Shown piece after piece: positions 58,502-64,000 of a DNA stretch of 64,000 nucleotides. Numbering within the stretch: position 1 is the first letter of the stretch; each line of letters starts with the position of its first letter. The notes beneath the pieces were generated by a model, which saw only the letters and a program-made list of their open reading frames with translations, did not search any database and was not told the DNA's origin. Origin of the DNA: an uncultured Acidimicrobiales bacterium (GTDB lineage: Bacteria > Actinomycetota > Acidimicrobiia > Acidimicrobiales > SHLQ01); NCBI GenBank assembly GCA_964517125.1, contig CAZFBD010000009.1:8891-72890 (forward strand), read 5' to 3'. A program made the position numbers and the translations under genes.

Positions 58502-60319
58502 TCAGTGCATGGGGTGGAGGGGGTTTCCCTTGGTGCTGTTGAGGAGCATCGAAACGAGATTGACCTGTTCGGCGTCGACGTCTGACCCGGTGACGCCGTC
58601 GGCTGCCACCAGGAACCCCTGCCCGCCGCGGGCCTCGAAGAGTGCAGCGTCGGTGTACAGTCGTGGCTTCACCACCGCCGGGTCCCCGTTCTCCGGGCAG
58701 AACGTCATGCAGTTGCCGCACTCGTTGCAGAGCTCGCTCAGGACCAGGTACTGCTGGCGGCCGGCACCCTCGCCGATCGACTCCTTCATGGAGTCGGGCG
58801 TGGGGATGGAGAAGAACGCGTCGTTCGGACACACGGTGATGCAGAAGTTGCAAGCGACGCAGCCGAACATCTCCAGATCGTGTTCGACCTCTCGCGGAAG
58901 CTTCTCGTTGCCCGACAGGTGATAGTCCTGCACACCATCGCCTCTGATGTGGGAGACGTGTTGCTCGCACGTGGTTGCGTACCCTCGCTCCGTGGCCGCA
59001 GCCTGACGCTGCGCCTTCCACTCAGGAAGCGTGCTCGCTCCGGACTCGCGAACCTGCTTCGTCAGCTCTTTCAGCATCGGAGCGAGACGGCCGTAGCCAC
59101 CGGGCTTGAGCAGGTCGGAACAGACCGTGGCGGGGTTGACGCCCATCGCGATCGTGTCGGCGAGGTTCTCCTTGGTGACGCCGGCGCTGAAGCTCACCAT
59201 GATCTCGCCGTCGTGACCGGGAACGTCGAGCACACCCGGCAACGCGTCGGACAACTTCGACAGCAGCGTCGATGCGAGGACATGCAACGGCGGGCCGCTC
59301 AGGTACATGGTGTCTTCGGGCATCCACTGCTTGGCGTTGTTCACCACCAGCGTGTTGGTGAGTTTGATGCCGAACGTGCGACCGCGTTCCTTTGCGTAAT
59401 CGTTGAGTTCGGCGATCAGCTCGATGCCTCGCTCGAACTGCAGATCTTCGGCGAACGCTTCCTCTTTGACGTCGACGTCGGTGTATCCGAGCTCGTCGTT
59501 CACGATGCCAGCCACGGTCTCGTAGCCCAGGAGGGTCGGGTTCAGCTTCACGATGACATCGAGTACGTGTTCGTCGATGAGGTGACGGGTGATCGACTCG
59601 ATCTCATCGGGCGGACAGCCATGGAACGTTGACAGCGTGAGCGTGTCGGACAAGGCGGTCGTGAAGTCGTGGTCGCGGTAGGCGGCGAACTCGTCGGGGA
59701 TGTCGGGCCGGAGTGCTTCGATCTCGGCGGTCGCATCGCGCATGCCGCGGATGAAACCGGCGACCTCGGGCGAGGAGATCCCGGCGAGGTCATAGCCAAC
59801 CGACATGTCGAAGACGTGTGGGCCCGGATCTGCACCAACGTGATCCCGGATGGGCTCCCAGTCGCGCAGGATGTCGAGCAGCATCGATGCCTTGGCGTAC
59901 TCGGTGAGGCTCTGCGGAATCCGCAGTTCCTGGCTCCACTCGATGTTGTACCCGATGGTCTGCATGTCGATGCATGGGCGTGCGATCTCGAGCTCGTCCA
60001 GGATCTGGATCGTCTTCAACTCGAAGAGGCGAGAGCCGCCGAGCCACGACAACACGATGTTCTCGGCGAGCTGGCTGTGTGGTCCTGCGGCGGGTCCGAT
60101 CGGCGACGCACACCGGCGGCCAAGAAAGTCGAAGCCCAGGTCGACGTCGGGGTCCGGCTTCCAGAATCGCGCCGTTGGAAGATCGAAGATCTTGTTGCGG
60201 GTGGCCCACTCGTGGTCGATTCGACGCAGCAGCTGACCCAACGACATGGGTGTGAGCGGTGGCGTGGCACCATGCGGCACATGCCCGGGATGGTTTGAGC
60301 TGAGGGCGTCCTGCGTCAT
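58502..60319 (-). CDS. DHOD/DPD-like TIM-barrel plus 2x[4Fe-4S] oxidoreductase, homologous to the N-terminal two-thirds of YgfK
   Basis: From ORF 58502..60514, with the start at ATG 60319 (MTQDALSS). LLRRIDHEWATRNKIFDLP...SPIGPAAGPHSQLAENIVLSWLGGSRLFELKTIQILDELEIARPCIDMQTIGYNIEWSQEL parallels the E. coli YgfK N-terminus as I remember it. Two ferredoxin motifs follow (CVACNFCITVCP, CNECGNCMTFCP). No GltD-like FAD/NAD domain is present. Confidence 0.7.
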   Translation of the reverse strand: MTQDALSSNHPGHVPHGATPPLTPMSLGQLLRRIDHEWATRNKIFDLPTARFWKPDPDVDLGFDFLGRRCASPIGPAAGPHSQLAENIVLSWLGGSRLFELKTIQILDELEIARPCIDMQTIGYNIEWSQELRIPQSLTEYAKASMLLDILRDWEPIRDHVGADPGPHVFDMSVGYDLAGISSPEVAGFIRGMRDATAEIEALRPDIPDEFAAYRDHDFTTALSDTLTLSTFHGCPPDEIESITRHLIDEHVLDVIVKLNPTLLGYETVAGIVNDELGYTDVDVKEEAFAEDLQFERGIELIAELNDYAKERGRTFGIKLTNTLVVNNAKQWMPEDTMYLSGPPLHVLASTLLSKLSDALPGVLDVPGHDGEIMVSFSAGVTKENLADTIAMGVNPATVCSDLLKPGGYGRLAPMLKELTKQVRESGASTLPEWKAQRQAAATERGYATTCEQHVSHIRGDGVQDYHLSGNEKLPREVEHDLEMFGCVACNFCITVCPNDAFFSIPTPDSMKESIGEGAGRQQYLVLSELCNECGNCMTFCPENGDPAVVKPRLYTDAALFEARGGQGFLVAADGVTGSDVDAEQVNLVSMLLNSTKGNPLHPMH

Positions 60320-60354
60320 GCAGCCAGCGTAGTTCTGCTTTACAAAATGTAAAG
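60320..60354 (-). promoter_or_regulatory. candidate promoter for a leaderless transcript, overlapped by a perfect 7-3-7 palindrome (60338-60354)
   Basis: The minus strand reads gcTTTACAttttgtaaagcagaacTACGCTggctgcATG. That gives a -35-like TTTACA, a 16-nt spacer, a -10-like TACGCT (TANNNT), and the ATG 7 nt further on. CTTTACA-AAA-TGTAAAG is a perfect inverted repeat in an AT island. Confidence 0.35.
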
Positions 60355-60365
60355 CGTGCGGGCGA

Positions 60366-61814
60366 TCATCGTTCACCGCCGCGTAACACACGCAGATAGG
60401 TGCCTGGCGAGATTCCGTACGCGGCCCGAAACTCGGCGTTGGGAACCAGCCTGGTCTTGGCGTACCGGTATCGATTGCGCACTCCGGGAGTGAGCAGCAG
60501 ACCGGTGGCCTCACGCCAGAAGACGTCCCGCACGAACGGCCGCTCTCGGCCGTGACGGACCAGAAGGCGTTCGACAGCTCGGGGCTGCAGGTGCGCAGCG
60601 TGGCCTTGCAGGATGGGAAGACTCAGCTGTGACCCCATCTTCTCCGCAGTGGCCCTCATGACTCCCGTGAGTCGAAGGGCTGCCGCGAACTCCTGCAGCT
60701 TCGCCGTGGAGACATCTGCGAGCTCGGTGAAGTCCCGCCAGGTTCCGGGCCGGATGGCCTTGCTCGCATACCAGTGAACCGATGCATGTAGCAGGCGTGC
60801 ATGCTTCGGGGCCGCGTGCAGCGTGGCACCTCCGAGCTCGAAGGCTTCGGGCGTATCGAAGTATGGAGCAGCGCCGTACGCGCCCATGCCGCCGACGGTG
60901 ACCTGCCGATGCACGTCCAGGATCAGCCGTTCGGCGGTGAGGTAGGTGCAGCCTTTGTCGACGGCAAATGGGTGCGTCATGTCCTGGAACAGCGGCGTGA
61001 ACGGGGAACCATCGGATCGAAGGGCGGCGGTTGCGTCGTCGTATCGGTCGGCGGGTACGAGGATGTCGGCGTCGCCGAACTCCCGCAGACTGGGGTCGGC
61101 GTGATCCAAATGGGCGACGGCAACACCCTTGAGGATGCGATGTGGAACTCCGGCACCATCAAGGAGGCGCACCGCCTGCAGCAGCATCTGTTCGACCCGC
61201 AGGCAATGCAGCTGGTTGGCTGCCCATCGTTCCTGCACGAGGTCCCGGTCACGTGCGGTGGCGTCGACCCATCCAAGGTCGATCGCATACGCAAGTTGCC
61301 CGATTCCGCCGCCAACCTCGACCGCGTCGATGACGTCTGCTGCTGGCCCGATGTCGGCCAGACGCAGCGGTGCAGTGGAACCTGCGGACCGACCGAACGT
61401 CTGGAGGAGGAGCCACAGGTCAGCGATGGACGGCGCATGACGCGGCTCGATGTCGGGCGCAGTTCGGAGAGGCGATTTCTCGACACTCAGCGAGAATTCG
61501 CCTGGAGCCCAGGTGTCGGTCAGATCGATGCGGAGCAACCCAAGCTTCACGAGTTGAAAGGCGAGGTTGGTGGCGTCCGCGAGTCGGACCGACCGTTCGG
61601 TGGCGGGGTCTCCGTCGTCGGCGATCTGCTCTATCGTTCGCCCAGCCGCAAGTTGATCCCAGATTCTGGTCCCGGTGGCATTCAGCCGAATCGGCAGATG
61701 CCCGGTGGGCTCGACGGGCACCAAGAGCAACTCGTCCGCCAGGCGCCGATGCAGATGCGGTTGCGGCAGAAGGCGACCGGTGATCTCGCTGGTGACAGCG
61801 GCCGTCGACATCAC
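60366..61814 (-). CDS. PqqD-like (RRE) domain fused to PF14907-type uncharacterised nucleotidyltransferase
   Basis: 482 aa. The N-terminal ~90 aa, ELLLVPVEPTGHLPIRLNATGTRIWDQLAAGRTIEQIADD, fits the PqqD/RRE pattern. The body has HRILKGVAVAHLDHADPSLREFGDADILVPADRYDDATAALRSDG, typical of NTP_transf_5. It overlaps the BY-kinase gene by 4 nt. Confidence 0.65.
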   Translation of the reverse strand: MMSTAAVTSEITGRLLPQPHLHRRLADELLLVPVEPTGHLPIRLNATGTRIWDQLAAGRTIEQIADDGDPATERSVRLADATNLAFQLVKLGLLRIDLTDTWAPGEFSLSVEKSPLRTAPDIEPRHAPSIADLWLLLQTFGRSAGSTAPLRLADIGPAADVIDAVEVGGGIGQLAYAIDLGWVDATARDRDLVQERWAANQLHCLRVEQMLLQAVRLLDGAGVPHRILKGVAVAHLDHADPSLREFGDADILVPADRYDDATAALRSDGSPFTPLFQDMTHPFAVDKGCTYLTAERLILDVHRQVTVGGMGAYGAAPYFDTPEAFELGGATLHAAPKHARLLHASVHWYASKAIRPGTWRDFTELADVSTAKLQEFAAALRLTGVMRATAEKMGSQLSLPILQGHAAHLQPRAVERLLVRHGRERPFVRDVFWREATGLLLTPGVRNRYRYAKTRLVPNAEFRAAYGISPGTYLRVLRGGER

Positions 61815-63439
61815 CGGGTGGCGTACCCGTGCGAGTAGACGTCGTTGCCTTCGGTACTCGCACCGACGAGGACCGTGCCCAACGTGTCGATTCGGCTGGA
61901 CCGCAGGATGCGGTGTGCTTCCGAGAGTTCTTTGGCCGACGTCTTGCCTGCACCAACAACCATGACCGCGGTGTCGCAGTGGACGGCGAGCTCGACGGTG
62001 TCGGCAACCGACAGGATCGGTGCACTGTCGATGATGACCCGGTCGTACATGCTGCTCACCTTCTCCATGAGCACGCCCATTGCCGGCGACCTCAGCAGAT
62101 CGATCACGTTCTCAGCCTGCACGTGCCCGGACGGAATCACATCGAGGTTGTCGTCGACGAGCGTTCCGAAGATGACTTCGTCGAGCGACAGCGTCCCTTC
62201 GAGATAGTCGGACAGGCCCTGCCGGTTGGAGATGTCGAGCCGGATCGTGGCCATCGGGCGGTAGAGGTCGGCCTCGATGAGCAGCGTGCGAGTGCCACCG
62301 AAGGCGGAGAGGGAGGCGAGCCGCAATGACGTGGTGGTCTTTCCCTCGCCCTCGTTGGCGCTGGTCACCAACACCCGGCGAAGCGGTCCGTTGCCGATCT
62401 CCGCAAGACTCAAACCGGACAACACCCGCTGGTAGGCCTCGTCCACGCCGTGGGTCACGCCGCGGCTGCGGATCTTCGGAATGGATGCCAGGTGGTCGAC
62501 GGGGATTGCAGCGCCGATGTCATCGGCGGTTGCCAGGCGACCGTCGAGCGTCTCCAGAAGAAGGACGAGGCCGGCGGCCAGAATGAGCCCCGCCACGCCG
62601 CCAAGCAGGAGGTTGCGGGCGACGTTCGGTTCGAACGGCCGAGCGGGAACGTCGGCGGTTGCGTTCATTCGTGCCGAGATCGTGGGACCGCTCAGCAGGT
62701 CCTGTTGCACCTGCAGCTGCGAACGGGTGCCCTGTAGACGTGCGATCTGCAGGTCGAGTGCGTCGAGCTCGGTCCTGGCCAGTTCGACGAGGAGCAACCG
62801 TTCGGTTCCGAGTCGTGCGATCTCGACTGGATCGGTAGACGACGCAATCACTTCGTCAAGCGCCGTGGTGGGCGCAAGCACAATGTCTCGTCGTTCGAGC
62901 AGGCCGGCCACCGAGGTGTCGATCGCGGCGAGCGAGCCAGCCAGCTCGCTGAGCTCGAACTCGTGCCGAAGGTCGAGATACGTCTGGGCCCATGCGTTCG
63001 CTGCCGCTGCGGCGTCAGGGCCGTTGCCCGCGGTGGCCCGGAAAAGGATGGAGTTCCGGTTGCCAGCATCCTCGCTTGCCTCGTCGGCGATGATCGTGAC
63101 CGTGGTTTCCGGCGGACTCGCAGCCGTGGCAGCGCTTTGAAAGGCGTTGCCATTCAGGAATGCCTGCTCACCGGCAACCGACCTGGTGACATCGAGGGCG
63201 CCGTCCAATGCAAAGAGGCTCGCCGTTTCACGTGTACGTACCAACACCGTGGCCGTCGAGCGGTAGCTCGCATCCTGCAGGACCGTTGCCGCAACCGCGG
63301 CAGCAATCACCAGTGCGAAGCAGGCAAGGAACGCCCACTTTCGTCGGCCGAAGATCTGCAGGTAGTCACGAAGCTCAAGCTCCGCCTGCAATCCGCCCGC
63401 GACAGAACCCGATGAGGTGATCACATCAGGCCCGCCCAT
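61811..63439 (-). CDS. polysaccharide co-polymerase / bacterial tyrosine (BY) autokinase (Wzz + CpsD-like fusion)
   Basis: 542 aa. It has a Wzz N-terminus (LRDYLQIFGRRKWAFLACFALVIAAAV), a coiled periplasmic-type domain and a second TM. Motifs are Walker A ANEGEGKTT, Walker A' LLIEADLYRP and Walker B VIIDSAP. The Tyr tail is short (VYSHGYATR). Confidence 0.85.
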   Translation of the reverse strand: MGGPDVITSSGSVAGGLQAELELRDYLQIFGRRKWAFLACFALVIAAAVAATVLQDASYRSTATVLVRTRETASLFALDGALDVTRSVAGEQAFLNGNAFQSAATAASPPETTVTIIADEASEDAGNRNSILFRATAGNGPDAAAAANAWAQTYLDLRHEFELSELAGSLAAIDTSVAGLLERRDIVLAPTTALDEVIASSTDPVEIARLGTERLLLVELARTELDALDLQIARLQGTRSQLQVQQDLLSGPTISARMNATADVPARPFEPNVARNLLLGGVAGLILAAGLVLLLETLDGRLATADDIGAAIPVDHLASIPKIRSRGVTHGVDEAYQRVLSGLSLAEIGNGPLRRVLVTSANEGEGKTTTSLRLASLSAFGGTRTLLIEADLYRPMATIRLDISNRQGLSDYLEGTLSLDEVIFGTLVDDNLDVIPSGHVQAENVIDLLRSPAMGVLMEKVSSMYDRVIIDSAPILSVADTVELAVHCDTAVMVVGAGKTSAKELSEAHRILRSSRIDTLGTVLVGASTEGNDVYSHGYATR

Positions 63440-63449
63440 CCGTGGAACC

Positions 63450-63998
63450 TCAGGGACTTCCGGTGACCGAGATCACGAGGAGGAGGAAGTCGGACGGTTG
63501 AAAGTCGCCTCGATCCAAGAAGTTCGCCACCTTCATGTCGGCGCTGATCTCTGCACTTGCGGTTGCATTGTCGAGAGGTAGCCCTGCTCCAGCGGTCGTC
63601 CAGACACAGCCAGCCCCGAGGTAGCCCGCGAATGTGAAGGTCGCTCCGGCCTGCGCAGTGAGGGCGACTGATCCAGGGCCTACCACGGCCGAGAAGGAAC
63701 CAGATGGAGGGCAGGTGTCCGAGTGCAGTGTGCCGCCAATGATTGCGTTACCGAGGACGGTCGGAAACGGGGAGCATGGCGAGCCTGCGGGCGGTGTCGG
63801 GAACCCAAACGCTCCCCCGATGCAAGTTCCCGTGGCTGGATCGACCCTGAACGAATACAGCGTCGTCGTCATTGCACCAGCGACTGAGGTTTTGAGGATC
63901 TGTGGAGCCACGTAGGCGGCTCCAGTTGTGGCCAAGCCGGTCTTGAGCAGTCGCCGACGACTTGCTCCGTTTGCTCCGGCAGCCTCACCCTGGGTCAC
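63450..63998 (-). CDS. Tat-signal secreted hypothetical protein (Gly/Ala/Thr-rich, 4 Cys)
   Basis: 182-aa ORF with a GTG start 2 nt from the window edge, so the true start could lie outside. It has a twin-arginine leader SRRRLLKTGLATTGAAYVAPQIL and a beta-rich mature part. Confidence 0.55.
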   Translation of the reverse strand: MTQGEAAGANGASRRRLLKTGLATTGAAYVAPQILKTSVAGAMTTTLYSFRVDPATGTCIGGAFGFPTPPAGSPCSPFPTVLGNAIIGGTLHSDTCPPSGSFSAVVGPGSVALTAQAGATFTFAGYLGAGCVWTTAGAGLPLDNATASAEISADMKVANFLDRGDFQPSDFLLLVISVTGSP

Positions 63999-64000
63999 AA

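Noticed and set aside
45441-60319. A possible functional link between the putative selenoprotein and the YgfK-like gene. YgfK has been called a selenate reductase subunit.
   Set aside because: The genes are 13 kb apart, lie on different strands and are separated by unrelated operons. The selenate-reductase label for YgfK is itself weakly founded, and nothing in the sequence connects them.
60338-60354. The palindrome CTTTACAAAATGTAAAG considered as an intrinsic terminator for the PqqD-fusion gene.
   Set aside because: The 7-bp stem is all A/T-rich, the loop is only 3 nt, and there is no downstream U tract on the transcribed strand. An operator or promoter element is more plausible.

Overview
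High-GC, very gene-dense chromosomal core segment of an actinobacterial-type genome. I call about 60 CDS, and most gaps are under 100 nt. All product names come from motif recognition by eye; no searches were run.

The order guaB3-guaA ... tsaE-tsaB-rimI-tsaD ... groES-groEL resembles the Mycobacterium Rv3396c-Rv3423c neighbourhood. A deep-branching lineage such as Acidimicrobiia is only a guess.

I found no rRNA, tRNA, CRISPR array, transposase, integrase or prophage genes.

Gene content from left to right:
- UPF0182 membrane protein (partial), a DivIVA-like protein and a PDZ/Lon-like protease.
- A heterodimeric ABC exporter.
- A membrane-anchored propeller-like protein followed by a large receptor Ser/Thr kinase.
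- Two GGDEF-EAL proteins, ppa and guaB3-guaA.
- A HisKA_3/LuxR two-component pair next to a glycan-assembly cluster on alternating strands (GT-C-like membrane protein, polyprenyl-phosphate sugar transferase, GT4, alkaline-phosphatase-family protein, GT2).
- A tight five-gene minus-strand operon: AlkA-like glycosylase, class IV aminotransferase, small acidic protein, CoA-type Nudix, PLP decarboxylase.
- A Sec-signal RTX-repeat protein.
- groES-groEL with two CIRCE operators and an intrinsic terminator.
- The tsaEBD/rimI operon.
- MFS transporters, and ald with a divergent Lrp regulator.
- An anti-sigma factor with a truncated ECF sigma.
- A YgfK-N-terminal-like Fe-S oxidoreductase.
- The edge of an exopolysaccharide locus (BY-kinase).

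Most interesting observations:
1. An in-frame UGA at 45471 completes a CxxU motif of a SelW/Rdx-family protein and is followed by a SECIS-like hairpin. This looks like a selenoprotein that the ORF track split.
2. A lipoprotein combines a CxxCH heme-c motif with the complete ligand set of peptidylglycine/dopamine-beta-type copper monooxygenases. It sits directly downstream of a Tat-exported protein whose tail is a polybasic site followed by a C-terminal Gly.
3. A PqqD-like (RiPP-recognition-element) domain is fused to a PF14907-type nucleotidyltransferase and is translationally coupled to the BY-kinase.

Smaller oddities:
- A sigma factor that keeps only region 4.
- A YafY-type regulator remnant frameshifted at a G7 run.
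- A coding (Pro-Glu)n hexanucleotide microsatellite.
- A perfect palindrome over a candidate leaderless promoter.
- A 118-bp convergent gene overlap.
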